A DNA stretch of 64,000 nt from Paramecium tetraurelia (Eukaryota). The stretch is from assembly GCA_000165425.1 (NCBI GenBank), contig CT868654.1:186001-250000 (forward strand), written 5' to 3'. The notes beneath the pieces were generated by a model that was given only the letters and a program-made list of their open reading frames with translations, did not search any database and was not told where the DNA came from. This document shows, piece after piece, positions 1 through 13,800 of this stretch; the stretch's first letter is position 1, and the number at the start of each line of letters is the position of its first letter. The position numbers and the translations under genes were made by a program.

Positions 1-278
1 ATCCAAAAATCTTAATTATAAATAGAAATACAAAAAAAGTATTGAATTGAAAATACTAGATCTTATAAACTGAATGCTTTGAAGAGATAAGCCTCCCTAT
101 TTTTTAATTAAGCCATAAACCATCTTATATAAAGGAGAATATTGAACTGAAGGAAATAGTGGTTTTTCTTTTGATGGAACGAACTAATGATGTGAAATAT
201 GAGTTAAGCCAGGGAAAATGTAATTTAGAATTTTTGAATGTAAAGGGGATTATATTCAAAGCAGAAAAAAAGAAGTGA
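1..278 (+). CDS. 3' end of a hypothetical protein (partial)
   Basis: Open frame in ciliate code ending ...LNVKGIIFKAEKKK-TGA(276-278). Confidence 0.5.
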
Positions 279-554
279 TAATAAATTAACTATTTGGAAT
301 AACATAATTAAAAATAAGAGGTAATGAATTCAAACTTTTGATAATTATCCATTTATTTTTTCTTAGGGTTTGTATGAATTATTAGAATTTGATCGTAACT
401 ATTAAGTGAGAAATGAAAAATGAATTTAAATCCTTAGTTGACTTCAAAAGCAACAAATTTAATAAAATGTCAAAGAAAAACACAATCATTTTTAGTTTGG
501 AAAGAAATTTAGATACTATTTAAATCTTTATATTTTATTCTATATTGCTAATAA

Positions 555-1556
555 TCAAGCTTATTGTTAAGGTCTTGGACCACCTCTACTTTTTTGGGTT
601 GTTGGTCTTTCATTATTAGCTTCATTCTATGTATTATTATTTCTTCTATCTTCTCTTTAATTGTCTCTGTTTTCTCTATTATCTCTGTTATCCCTTCTGT
701 CTCTGTTATCTCTGCTATCTCTATTATCTCTTCTGTCTCTATTATCTCTATTGTCTCTATTGTCTCTATTTTCTCTATTGTCTCTATTGTCTCTATTTTC
801 TCTATTGTCTCTTCTATCTCTATTGTCTCTATTATCTCTATTATCTCTATTATCTCTATTGTCTCTTCTATCTCTATTGTCTCTGTTATCTCTATTGTCT
901 CTGTTGTCTCTATTATCTCTTCTATCTCTATTATCTCTGTTATCTCTATTATCTCTTCTGTCTCTATTATCTCTATTATCTCTTCTATCTCTGTTATCTC
1001 TGTTGTCTCTGTTATCTCTTCTGTCTCTATTATTTCTCTAGCTATCATTTCTTGGTTTTGAACTTCCACTTCTTTATCTGTCATTTCTTTCTCTGGGTGG
1101 TTGAATTTGATCAGCAGGCAATGGTTCCTAATTATAAAAATATATATTTACAAGGAATCCAGGCTCTTTTCTGTCTTATTCGGTTGGTGCTTTGGTTAAT
1201 TTGATTTGGAGAGAAGCCAAATTTTTAGTGACACTGACTTTCACTAATCCTTCTTCTAAAGGTTCATATTCTTCACTAATCTAGACTGACTAGATTTTGT
1301 TTATTTAATATAGTCCAGCAACTCTTCTTCTAACAACTTCTGCAATAATAACTGCTTTAGAGATGGCATTTTCAATGGCTGTGATATAGATTGTATCTAG
1401 GATAGGGGGTTGTTCTTCCTTGCGAGTGCCTTGAAGGAGCCATAAAGCTTTTCTAACTTGAGTTGACAATTAAGCTTTATTAGCAACTCTAATCACATTC
1501 AATTCTGGCTTTTAGTCCTCGACAACAAGCCTTAAATACTTTCTTCTGGTGGCCAT
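555..1556 (-). CDS. Alba/Rpp25-family DNA/RNA-binding protein with C-terminal (R-D-N)n mixed-charge repeat
   Basis: MATRRKYLRL...IYITAIENAISKAVIIAEVVRRRVAGLYQINKIQSVQISEEYEPLEEGLVKV...LQIKLTK matches the Alba (Rpp25 subfamily) pattern incl. EPLEEGL; 24-nt intron 1128-1151; TGA at 555-557. Confidence 0.85.
660..1035. repeat. Coding 9-bp tandem repeat (TCTCTATT[A/G]-like; AGA GA[T/C] AAT on minus strand), about 40 units
   Basis: Directly visible; encodes R-D-N/R-D-R/R-E-N tripeptides in the Alba frame. Confidence 0.95.
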
Positions 1557-1613
1557 ATTAAATATTAATACAAATCTTTTTTTGAGTAGCAAAAACTTGT
1601 GTAATATATATGA

Positions 1614-3703
1614 TCATTTTTCTATCCTCATTCCTTTATACCACATACAATCGACGACTTTGCCATCCTTGTAGATATATTTTCCTTTACCATGACGCTA
1701 CCCATTCACCCATTCTCCCAAAAATAATTTACCATTATGGTATTCCACCCTTCCTTCTCCAACTTATTTGTCTAACTCAAAACTAAACTTACATAATTTT
1801 CATTTTACTTTCCAATAAATATGTTTCCATCTGGACTTATCAGAGTTCCTCTTCCATGTTTCACCCCATTTTTAAAAGAGCCTTCATATCTAGTTCCATC
1901 TATATTTACTTGCAAGCCCTCACCATCTATCTAATTATTCACAAAAGTTCCTTGATAATAAGACCCATCAGGATATATCATCTTTCCAAATCCTTATTTC
2001 TTCCCATCCAAATATTAGCCTTCATAGTAGAGCCCATCAGGCCATTTTTATTTGCCATATCCATTTTATTTATCATTCTTCCAATTTCCCTCATAAATAA
2101 CACCGTCGCTGTTCGTAAATATACCATGTCCATTAGCCTTATCATGTTTCCATTCTCCTTCATACACATCACCTTCGCAACTAATATATCTTCCAAATCC
2201 ATTACATTCATCATCTTTCCACTCTCCATCATAAATTGATCCTAAATAATTTTATCATTCATTAATTTACCATCTTTCCATATCAATTTCCCCCATCCTT
2301 CCCTCTTCTACTTAAACAACTCTCCTATGTAAATACTCTCTAATCATTCGCTTAATATTTACTATCTGACAATGTTAACTAATACACCTTTTTGCAAGGA
2401 GATCTATCGCTTCCATTCATTGATGAATCCGATATATGGCTATTGTAAAATGATCCATTTCTTTGTTCAATCTCAGTATTCTTATGTAAGAAATTATCAA
2501 TTATTTCCTTATCCTCCTATAAGTCCAACCACTTGACTCTCTTCCCTTCCACCCACTCTGCATATCTATATTCGCCAGAAGGAGCCTAGTGCAACCCAAT
2601 ACCATGTTATTTTCCCTATTTCCATTCTCCAATGTATTTCCTACCGTCATTCCAACTAAATGTTCCTAATCCTTATTTTTTATCATCCATATAACTTTCA
2701 TAACTCTATGCAATTACCCTCCTTCATAAGATCGACCATCAGCCCATGTTGTCTTGCCTATGCCCCACATCTTATTATAGACCCAATCTCCGACATATTG
2801 TCTTCCATCTATCCAATGATATTATCCATATCCATGTATGTCATCCATTTCGAATTCCCCTTCATAAACGGATCCATCTTGGAAAATGAGCTTACCTCTC
2901 CCATTCTTCTTTTCTTCATAGTATTCTCCCTCATATGAGGCTCCATCAACCCAGGATTCCTTTCCATAGATATGTTTTTAACCATTTTTCCAATATCCAA
3001 CATAAATGGCTCCTTATTGATAATGGTATTCTCCGTGGCCATATATTTCTCCATCGTACCAATATCCACTATAGATGTCCCCATTCTGATAGGTTTTCCT
3101 TCCATATCCATGCTATTTGTTTTCTTTCCATTAACCTTCATAAACAGAACCTAATTTTGTTTAGCAATCTTTAGTACCATCTAAAAACTTGGCAACTCCC
3201 AAACCATGTTTCATTTCATTGAGTATTTGACCCTAATATTCAATTCCATCTGAAATGATTTATTAAAAGTTATTATTGTTTTTTATTAGTTATGCGATCA
3301 TTTCTGATGTGTTAATTTTCTCCAATTATTGATTTAGTAAATGCACTGAGTCTTCTTGAGGGATGATTTTTGAACTCTGAACAATTTAATTATTCTCAAT
3401 AACACAGTCTATTATCTCACCATCGATCTTAATTACTTTTCCAACTATTTTATGAACATCCCAAATTCCTTCAAAAATAATTCCTTTTTTAGATTTGTTA
3501 AATTACCATTGGGATATATTTGAATTCCTTTGCCATGTCTCAAATTATTTTGCCATTCCCCCTGATAGATGGAATCTAAAACTTCATATATAAAATACAC
3601 CATCTCCTAAAACTACTTTATGGTATATGGCATATTCTGATTCTTATCGAAATGATGACGCTGATTGCTGGGATGAGCAATTTTTAAATTCCTGTCTAGA
3701 CAT
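1614..3703 (-). CDS. MORN-repeat protein (three blocks of MORN repeats, several tiny introns)
   Basis: [11 protein letters not shown] start; repeated YxGEWxNxxxHGxG units ([43 protein letters not shown]); linkers between blocks stay in frame; ends [15 protein letters not shown]. Confidence 0.85.
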
Positions 3704-3733
3704 TAATGATAAATTAAATTATAACTATCAATT

Positions 3734-4653
3734 ATGGATTAAATACAAACTGGATGCTAAATAGATAATATAATATTTAGTTAGTTTTTCAAATGTTAGA
3801 AACCTCCAAACTTCTGGACTGTCGACTTCAACTTCTCCTTCATAGGTAAGTAGAGCACGGCTTACTAAGGTCTATCCACTGATTCCTGTTCTGAGATTTC
3901 CATCAAGAAATTTACTAATAGAATTCTCTAACTCTATTATTCATTAGATTTTCATAATTAGTGATTGCCATTTATGATGTAAGTTGACACAAAATATTCT
4001 AATTTCAATTTCATTGAGAATCTGAATTTTTATACTATTTATAAATATCCTAGAATAGTACTCTTAATTTTTAGGAATTGGTTGATGTAGAACCAAATTA
4101 GTGAATGTAACATACACCTTAAATATTGATAAGTATTTTGATTCTGAATAATTGATTAAGAAGGATAGGAATGCTTCTGAAAAACCAGAATTGACTAAGG
4201 TTTCTATTCCTTTTTGTTTTTCAAATATATAAATTCCAGACACTCTAAAGGATTACCTCCATATTTTGTTTTAATGCTTAAGTTAATTTCCTCTAAGATT
4301 TTTCATGGCCTTCATCCAATAGAAAATTCAAAAAAACCCTTTACTTTTGTTAACCAGTTTAAATTCTGTAAAAAGATGTATGTGAACCTGATTGTGGTGT
4401 CATCGTTTGTATAGGTTAGGTAACAGCATTAAATGGATTCAGGCATATAATAATGGTATTAAGTAAGGACGCTTACTTTTAGTAGAATTGCAAAAATAGT
4501 TCAAGTTGTTTTAATTATCTTTGTAAGTACCTTCATACATAATCTTGGAATTTAAGAAAGAACTTAAAGTTAAAGTAAGCCTTTTTATTCGACCATTTCG
4601 CTCCAGAAATAAGGTAACCTCATTAATTATTCTAACTTATTGACAAATTCTGA
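3734..4653 (+). CDS. Hypothetical protein (5' exon structure uncertain)
   Basis: Long protein-like frame ~4100-4653 (LNIDKYFDSEQLIKKDRNASEKPELTKVSIPF...LFQLIDKF-TGA); start and introns not resolved. Confidence 0.35.
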
Positions 4654-4839
4654 GATGGTCAATTCTGAATAATGTAATTGATATAATTCTGCTGTTCAAA
4701 ATAAGTGATTTAGCCTCAATATATGATTTGTTCTCATAATATGTTATAATCCTTTTCTTTTTGAAGATCTTTTCACCAGCCAATGTTCGAATTGATTTTC
4801 TAAAATGTTCTCTCTTTAATTCAAGTATTAATTAATATA

Positions 4840-5758
4840 ATGAATATCTCATTTAATGATTTGAAATTTGTGTAACAAATAGGCTAGACCCTTAATCTTG
4901 AAGAAAGGTATTCAATTTATTCATACAAACAGAATGAGATTACAATTAGCAATACTCAAAATCCAAGAACATTATGTTTTTGACGAAGTCCTATTTTGGG
5001 GTAGAGTTGAAGGAGTAGAAAAAGATTATTACATAGCCCTTGGAATTCAATACAAAGGACAGTATGAATTCCCATTGAAGAAATTCTTTTGGAGGTACAA
5101 GCCATCTATTTATCAATAAGTTCCAATAATTATCATTTTGCTGAATTACCAAAATACAATGAAGAATTCGCCTAAAGGGCTGAAACTCTAAGAGAGCCCT
5201 TTACAGGATAGCACGAACACATAGTATTTAGAACAGATGAAGAAATTAATTTTGAAGACTCACTAGAAATTCCTGCGTAACTGCCAGCTAAAAATTTCTC
5301 AGAATTGGAGAGATTATCCTATGTAGTTTAATCTATTGAATTTCAATGTGCCTCAATTCCGGTTGGCTCTTATAGATTAACCCCAACTCACGAATTGATC
5401 AAGACAGCCTTTAAGGGTGTCACTGCAGAATTGAAAAACTATTAACATTTCAGACAACCCATCAGAAAGGATAAGCAAGATCTTATAGGTTCGCAATATT
5501 CATATCTTTAACATAGCTCGAGATGAAGCCTTATACAGACCTGACTTCCTGGATTCTTTAGTTGACGATACTCCATATAATTAATGGTCAGTCTAAACAG
5601 ACTCCACCAAAAGAAATGTAAATTGAAATTAAATGTTTTAGATTACAATTAGAAATTTAATATGGCCAGGATATTTAGGCTATAATAATGATTATACATT
5701 TGGATATGCATATTTTGGAGATGGAATTAAAAATTCAGATTTTGAATTCTTATTATGA
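4840..5758 (+). CDS. RSPH9: Radial spoke head protein 9
   Basis: LNLEERMRLQLAILKIQEHYVFDEVLFWGRVEGVEKDYYIALG...FSELERLSYVV...IRNLIWPGY...YFGDGIKNSDFEFLL; four ~25-nt introns. Confidence 0.9.
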
Positions 5759-5806
5759 TTTCCAACAGATATTATATTTTGTTATTTGTGGTTATTATTA
5801 TATAGG

Positions 5807-6137
5807 TCAATGTCCTAAACATTGATTGATTGCTTCTGATGCATGTAAATTTACTTATTAAGCAACATAATCATAATAGGCTCTTGATCTATGTGTGTAA
5901 AATCCATAGATTTACGAACCTAATATTATTGATCCTGCGAATCTGTTTTATTAGATCTACTACATACCTGGGCCCTGTTCTTAAGTAAGTCATTCGTCTT
6001 AACACAAAATAAGATAAGATTGCAGTTCCAAATCCCAATTTGAATCCTGTGCTCTCCTCTTGTTACAAATCCAAGAAGGCAGTCTTGATATTTTAGACAT
6101 CATGGATATCATATTAGAAATCTTTTTCAGAACTCAT
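5807..6137 (-). CDS. Small two-TM protein (~101 aa), NDUFC2/B14.5b-like complex I accessory subunit candidate
   Basis: GFKLGFGTAILSYFVLRRMTYLRTGPRFAGSIILGSQIYGFY resembles the plant B14.5b pattern as I recall it (GxxLGxGTxxxS...LR+xxYxR...GxxxG); one 25-nt intron. The gene itself is well supported, the identity moderately. Confidence 0.55.
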
Positions 6138-6188
6138 TGTTATATTGTATATAAATATATATAATTAATGGATTTTTAAATAAATTCA

Positions 6189-8175
6189 TCATTTAATATA
6201 AATGTGCTTTAAATACTCTTAAAAATAATCTGCCTCTAGTATATAGCTTCGAATAAACTCAAGGTCATTTTTATTAGTAATTTCTTTTTCAATTTTAATT
6301 TTGATGGCATTTTTGACCATTCCTTTATTTAAAGAATTCCCCAATACAAAGCCTTCTTCTTTATTAGGAATGATTTTCTGTATCAGATAATCTCTTATAA
6401 ATATTTCTAATTCTTCCAAGAATCCTTTAATTCTTTCCTCATCCTATTAATTCGGAGTAAAGGCAATCTATCCTCCAATACTCTTTTAATTTTCTATAAA
6501 ATATTTAGCCAGCTACTTTTTTTGAGAATCCCAACATTAATGTTTTACTTTACGTTTATACTCAATTATATTAACTAGTTATAGGTTGTCATTGATATCT
6601 ACATACAATACGGATGATTATTTATTTATCATAATTACCTTCTAGTTGAACCTCAAGTTTGAATAGGGCATATTAACACCAATAAGAATAGGTACATCAA
6701 ATTATTCAACAATTACTGATTCAATTTTCAAATTGTATATTACTTGATGAAGCCATTTAAATGGTTTTAAAATAGTATAGAAAAATGATACAACAGCAGT
6801 CAATAAGTGTTAATTTTGACAACAAAATACTATCCTTCCTTCTTTAAGAATTTCTTCAAAAACCATGAAAAATTATTCTAATTTAAATAATTAAAGAACA
6901 ATATGTGTTTCCAACTTTTTAATTTCAAAATACAAACTTTTTTGATCAGGTACTTTGTATCTAAATTTAGAAAGTTTAAATGTTGCCTGCAATTCTTAAA
7001 TAAAATCTGTTGGCAATAAACCTTCCACAATACTTGAAAAATTGACATCTATATCATCGCCATACTTTTTGATCGACTACTTTGATAATTTTTAGATTAT
7101 CTTATTTAATAATTAAGCCGTGTCCTTTGAAATATTATTATTATTACATTTACTATTTTTACTCCATCAATTTGGTTTATCAAATCTTCATCCTTCTTCA
7201 TCACATAGTATCGCCATTATTTTATTATAACTAACAATATAATTATAATTACATAGAATTTATTCAAACAACTCATAAAATACACTTTAAATTGGAAAGT
7301 ATGTTATAAAACATAGAACCTTCTTAACTTTCCAATAAATAACTTAACCATTTTTATCAGTTTACCTCAAAAAATCATCGATAGCTGTACAATAACCATA
7401 TAATTATCTTTCATGATTAAATGACTGAAGTATTTTAATATTTAAAGGATTTTTCATTAAATCATCTCCTTTAAGATTTATCAGATAAAAATTTTCGAAC
7501 TTGATTCTTTATGCGAGTATCCTTTGCATTAAATTGAATATTACTTTTTTATTTCGAAATCAATATTTTCATCGCACATCCTTTGTGCTTCAACTCCAGA
7601 AGGGTGTATGAATTGTTCAATATCTTTTTCAATACCCTTAAAATTCTAAAACTCTTCATTATTTGGTTAATCAATATATCTCTGTTTATATTGTTAATAT
7701 AATATCTTATAATTAGAGGGTACGACATATTGGGATTAATTAGTGGAATCAATTTTGTCTATTCCAAATATATAGAATGCTTCAAATATCTCTTAATTAA
7801 ATGCGCTTTAGCTTTCAGATTGATCAGTGTAGACTTAAGAATAATTTAATGCTACAATTTGAGATATTGATTAACCAAATGTTTTTTGAATAATAGATTA
7901 TGTAAGATGTAACACACTTTGAGATGACATTTACGAAGAAACTCTTTTTAAGAGTTACTTGTATTACTCAAGCGCTTTTTGTTATTATTAATTAAGGTCT
8001 TAATACTTATTCTTTGAGTCTTGAATTTCTTATAATTACATCTGCAAATTATTGTTCGTCTTTTTATATTCTGCTATATCTTCATTCAATTCAATTACCT
8101 ATTATTAAATTCCAATATTACATATTATTTTAGAATCCTATTTTCTTCCTTAAGTTTCTCTACCGATAAATCCAT
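6189..8175 (-). CDS. Coiled-coil + DENN-domain protein (putative Rab GEF)
   Basis: MDLSVEKLKEENR N-terminal coiled coil; core DENN-like ILKEGRIVFCCQNQHLLTAVVSFFYTILKPFKWLHQVIY...VPILIGV. Confidence 0.75.
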
Positions 8176-8244
8176 AATTGACTTAATTTAATATTGATAA
8201 TTATTTTTTAATTAATTAATTAAATAAAAAATATTAAATTTCGC

Positions 8245-10795
8245 TCAAATCTAATCACAATAATGTTATTATATAAAATATTAGAAATGCTGAGTCTTAA
8301 ATAGATTCTAGATAAACTTTTTATCCTTGGGATCGGATCTTTAGATTAAGTAATGTTCAATGTATTGGAAATTCAAATCTTGACCTACCTATTTTGAATA
8401 TTGTAATATATACTTTGATGGCATCTTCATTTTGAGGTGGCAATTTAGAAATGATATACTCTTCCATAATCTTCTTGAAAGTCTCGAGAACCTTTTTGCT
8501 TTTGCTTTGATCTTGGTCATCAAAGTAAAACTTAACCACTTTCCTATCGTCATTCTTGTTGGAGACTTGTCTGATGCTTGGACTAAGTAATAAAGATCTC
8601 ATCAACATTTACCTTGGATTGCGCATGTTATTCGAATTTTTAAGAATAGTCTCTATGTGTTGCAACAATCCTCCAAATGAAGGAGAGGATATGTCTTTTA
8701 AGACATTTTAAGGTTTGGGAAGAAATTTATTTTCTTTATCGCGATCCAAGAATACAAACAAGTGATTTTCGCAATTATCAGCCAAACTCATCAAATTGAA
8801 ATCACTCTCTGTAAGGTTGACTCCGATAATGATTGGGACTGGCGATTGAATCATGGTTAAGAGTTGTTCTGGGACATTGTAAATGATTCCTTGGGTCCAT
8901 TCTAAGGGACGGACTATGTGATGAAAGAAATGGCTGATTAGGGTTGAATGTGATACATGATGGATGTAAGGATGTTGCTTTTTTCACACACGAAAATGAT
9001 TGAGATTTCAGAAATCATTGCTAGGAAAATGTTTAAGATTTCCTTGTAATTCAGAATTTACAAGGTGACATTGGCACTCCACAATCTCAATTCAATATCC
9101 AATTGTAATTGATTGGGGATTCTGTACTTAAGAGTTCCTGCCAGTGTTTAGACTTCTAATTATTGATGTCCCAACATTGGTCTGATGGCTTAGATTAGAT
9201 TAAGGAATTTAGTCAACTCATCTTGAAATTCCTATATTCATTATTAATATATAATGTACAAGTATTATCTATTATCCATCAACATCCTTTAAGACTTCAT
9301 ACTCTTCAGAGTATTTCTTTAGGTAACGGTCTGTTCTGTTAATTTTAATCAAATCTAAAAATAATTTATAACGAGTACTGATGATAGAAATTAGCAAGTC
9401 TTGGAATAGTTCGTAAAAGGGGAAGTAGGTCAGAAAACAATAGGTTTTCTTGTATTTCCAGAAAATTCGTTTTTTTCTGTTTTCAAATGTTAGTTTGATA
9501 TGATCAGGAGTAGTCTCAATGAAATCATAGACAGATAAACAAATTCCATAGAGTAACTTTTCAGGATTAGCTTGATTCAATAGATTCTGATTGGTGTGCT
9601 CTGAAAAATTATCAGTAATTTCTTGATTTTTAATAGTAAATAAGGAAAATTTGTCCAATAATTCGTATTTATTACCTGAATACATGATTCTGAAATAATG
9701 AATTTTAGTTACTCTTTTAATTTTCGAAATGAATCATTGACCTTGATTTTCTCAACTTGATTTCCAAAAGGATAAACAAACCCATTAATAATCTCTTCAT
9801 AGACAGGACTAAAAGAAGGTGAATGTTATTTACGTGGTAATGGAATCACTCTTGAATAAGATATTTGCAGGTAGAATACCTTCTTTAATGTTGGGATCGT
9901 TATCGAATTCTAAGAATTCCTTTTTTTCACAACCCATGATATAAAACTTTTCATACAGTTTGTAGGCGGGTTATTATAAGGCTGAGACTTCCATAGTTTC
10001 CACTCTATATTCCTCAATTGATTCAATGAGCTATTATTATTTTCCATCTGAATTTCTACTTTTTTGTATTTCTTATTCTTCGGTGTGTTCACAATCAATG
10101 ATGGTTGATTTGTTATTCTGGAAATTGAACATCAATGACTTTCGTATTTAACTGCTTCGATCTCCAGTCATTTGACCCTATAAAAGATATGAATCCATAA
10201 TGTTACAATCCTATTAGATTTTTCTGGGATTCTCTCCTTGATTGCATCAATTAACTTGACATTTGTTAATCCGTGTAAGTATGTTTGCGATTTTTTGACA
10301 CTGCTGATGGGACCACTCTATTGTCGTTAAAGAGCTGAACCAATATCAATTTTAAGATCAAGTTTTTGGATTTTCTTGATTTCTTGTTTTGAAGGGGACA
10401 CCTGATTGAGTATCTGTTACTTCTGAGTCACTTGATCGTTCTCCGATTTCTGTGTGTTCTTAGAGGCACTATTGAATTATTGATCTTCTTTGGTGGACAA
10501 TTGTTTTGAGTCTCGTCTATGGATTTCGTGTGATGTCTGCGTATATTGAGTATGTAGGGGTGGCTTAGAAAGAAGCTTTTTAATTTGATCTTTTAAGGTG
10601 GCATTATCTTTATCAAGATCCTGATTTCTCTTCTACTCAAATTGTAATTGCTAAATTGGAATGCAACATTACTCTTTTCAATTGTGTGATGGTTTGTTTG
10701 AGATGGTCAATGTGTTTTTGATTGGTCTTGATCAACTCATCCATGATTTTGATTTTCTTGTCTTTGTCAACTGGAGAGGGATGAGAAGGCTGCAT
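8245..10795 (-). CDS. DENN-domain protein (uDENN-DENN-dDENN; putative Rab GEF)
   Basis: YEKFYIMG...FVYPFG (uDENN), LLYGICLSVYD...YCFLTYFPFYELFQDLL, PFQWSHPII...PIIIGV, C-terminal FIQNLFKTQHFQYFIQ. Confidence 0.8.
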
Positions 10796-10830
10796 TTTGG
10801 ATTATAATTAATTAATTAATCAAATTATAC

Positions 10831-13800
10831 ATGGATTAGCAATTATCTGGTGTGCTCTTGTCAAGAGACAAATGGAAGCCTGAGAGTAAAGTGACCAAGT
10901 GTGAACATTGTGATAGACAATTCTATTATTTGTTCAGAGCCAAACATCATTGCAGGAAATGTGGATTGGTCTTTTGTTCAGAGTAACATCCTCTTTATTA
11001 TGGAATAGTTGTAGTACCAATTTTATAGACGGACTTCATTTCGCATAAAACACAGAGAAGAAAGTAAGATTGTGTGGAGTTTGTTATGATTAAGTATTAA
11101 AATTGTTGAAAGCATAAGGATACAAATTAGAAAACACCTTTGAAACCAGAGTAGTCAGTGTATCTATTGACAAAGGTTAATTGAATTTTTCAAGAAGGGA
11201 ATCCATACACAAATTGGATGATCAATCCTATACAATCTCCAGATCACAAACCACTCAAGTGACTGAAGAATAGGAGGATAATATGAACAATGATCAAGAA
11301 TTCAATCCTGAAATTATTTAGGTGAGTATACAAAGTTATTTCCCACCAGAAGAATAGAACAAAAATAAGGAATCAGAATTATTGAAATCATAATTATCGC
11401 TTCTCAAAGAAAAATGTTATTCATAAATGGAAAATATTTGTGATCATAGTTTAAAGATCTTTATTCAACCTCAAAAAAATCATGATAATCATTTTGAAAG
11501 TCTCAAAGCCACTACCTTTGAATTTGTTAAAAGAGCTGTTGAAGACATCTAATTTTCATCTCTAAACTCTGATCCTCTAGATATCACCTGCTATGTAAAA
11601 ACTAAATTATTGCCATACAAAGACTACTCACTAACTTGTTACTTTCCAGGCATTGTCATCAGAAAGAACATAGCACTGAAAAGAATGCAAACTGAACTCT
11701 ATAAGCCTCGCATTTTGATTATTCATGGCAATCTGGATTTCATTGAAGAGACTCAATAATTTGATGATTTCATTACCAAAGAAAAAAGAGTACTCTAAGA
11801 TTACATAGAGAAAATTAAAGAGAACTTCAGACCTACCATTATTATAGTTGAAAAATCAGTCAGTAAAGTAGCATTAGATATTTGTTGTAAATTCAACATC
11901 ACAGTTGTTTAGAATGTGAAAATCCATTAATTAAGAAAAATAGCAAAATGCACAGGTTCTAAGTTTGTGCGTCTAGATAAATTAGATGGCTACATACAAA
12001 AAGAAACATAAGTCACTGGAAATTGTGAAAAGATCTTCTTTCGTAATTTTCCAAGACCAACACTTGATAAATAAGATACAGCTGGAAAGGATAATACATT
12101 GATGTTCATTGAAACAAAGGATGGTAAAAATGGAGTTACAATAATGTTATCAGGACCATAGGAAGATTTATTATAGAAATGGAAATAGTGCATTGTTGGT
12201 TGCATGAGATTAGGCAAACATTTTGATGTGGAGAGAAACATCCTGCTTTGCGAATAAAAATTAAGATAAAATAAACAATTCAATTTTTGTGTTGGTGATT
12301 TTACAAAGTTCTTATTTGAGAAGGTTAATTTAAAAGAAGTCATCAAACCAGATCTAGCTTATGTAAAAATTAATTATGCTAGAGCAGACATTCATAATTT
12401 TAATGATATCAAAGATATGAATGCCCTATTGGCTTATCAAAAAGAGTTTCCACCTCAGAAAGACAAGGTGGTTGACTTTTTTGCTGATATGTGCAATATG
12501 CCCACTGAGAAACCCAAGGCGTATTATCATTCAAATGATGATATGTCCATAGGTGCATTTATCATACTAAAAGTCGCAAACCTATAATTCAGATGTGAAT
12601 ATTGCAAATTCCCAAGGAATAGTCACGTTTCCATTTATTATAATGCTGGCAAATACGTCAAATTCAGTGTGGATGGACAAATGAATCAAATAAAATAGAT
12701 AGTACTGCAAAAGGAATAATCATAAATCTAGCAGAGTGATGAGAATAGGACATTCCTCCTGAAAGATTTACCAAGCATAATCAAACAGAATCATTAAAAT
12801 GAAAAGATACAGATTGAAACATATTTCGAATGCAATCTGTGCATGCAACTATTGTCAGACAGAGTCATCTTGAGTTAGAAGTATTTGGAGTATTCCTTTT
12901 TACGATTCTTGTAATAATTGTTCCTTACTCAAAACATCTCTACCAATAATTATCAGAATACGACATCCTGCAATCACGCTCAAGTTTAAAGAGTCTATTC
13001 GTATTATGGGTATTAGATGAAGGTGATGGTGGGGGAATTTGATGTCTATCAGACTACCTTATTGAATTTCTCTGATAATTCATTAAATGATTATCTAAAG
13101 AGTTGGGAGTAGGGTTACATCAGACAACACAGAGATGAATTGATGATTAAATTGAATACTTTTGGAATTACATTGATCAATCTTATACCTAAATCATTAG
13201 CCAAGGGAGAGATTGATTTACTGATTAAATCAATTAAATAACTTAAGGAAGAGTGTGAGAAGATATTGGCTGAAACACAATATACATCGATCTTTTAAGT
13301 ACTCAAACAATCCCAGGACTTTGGACTCCAATATAAGAATATCATGCAAAGTATTTAAGAACACAAGAAGAAGAAAGAATTGAATCCAGATTTCAGAAAT
13401 ATCATACAGAATGCAGCTGTTAATTTAAAGAATTAGGATTCAATACTAACAACCAATAATAATCTGATTAAAACAACCTATGAATTAGAGAAAGTGGATT
13501 CTGGTAATAATTTAAACGAGGTCAAGTTGTACCATTCAAATTAAGAATTAGAGGATCATTATCTTACTTCACAATAAAAGGCTTCCATGCAAGATATTGA
13601 AGAATCTAATCACAGAGCAAGTTCAGGAAAGGCTGATTTGAGTGATCTACTTATACCACCTCATTATTCCCCTGAATTAGACACTCAATAGTCTCCTCTA
13701 TTTGTTAGAAACCATCGAAGAAATGGATCTGAAATCCAAAATAATTAACTCATTATCAATTTAATTGATACAAATTAAACATTGCAATAATCCATTTAAA

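Noticed and set aside
660..1035. Possible CRISPR-like or telomeric array
   Set aside because: No spacers and not G3T3/G4T2; it is a coding minisatellite
548..1204. Four overlapping ORFs in the track (IIE-, SII-, YYL-, SLL-repeat proteins)
   Set aside because: They are alternative and antisense frames of the 9-bp repeat; the real frame is the R-D-N tail of the Alba gene
1856..3174. Plus-strand hydrophobic ORFs in the track
   Set aside because: Antisense shadows of the MORN-repeat gene
3728..4800. Minus-strand protein-like frames with several in-frame TGA (possible Trp/Sec recoding)
   Set aside because: No start codon, frames not continuous, and a cleaner plus-strand frame exists; other genes use TGA as stop
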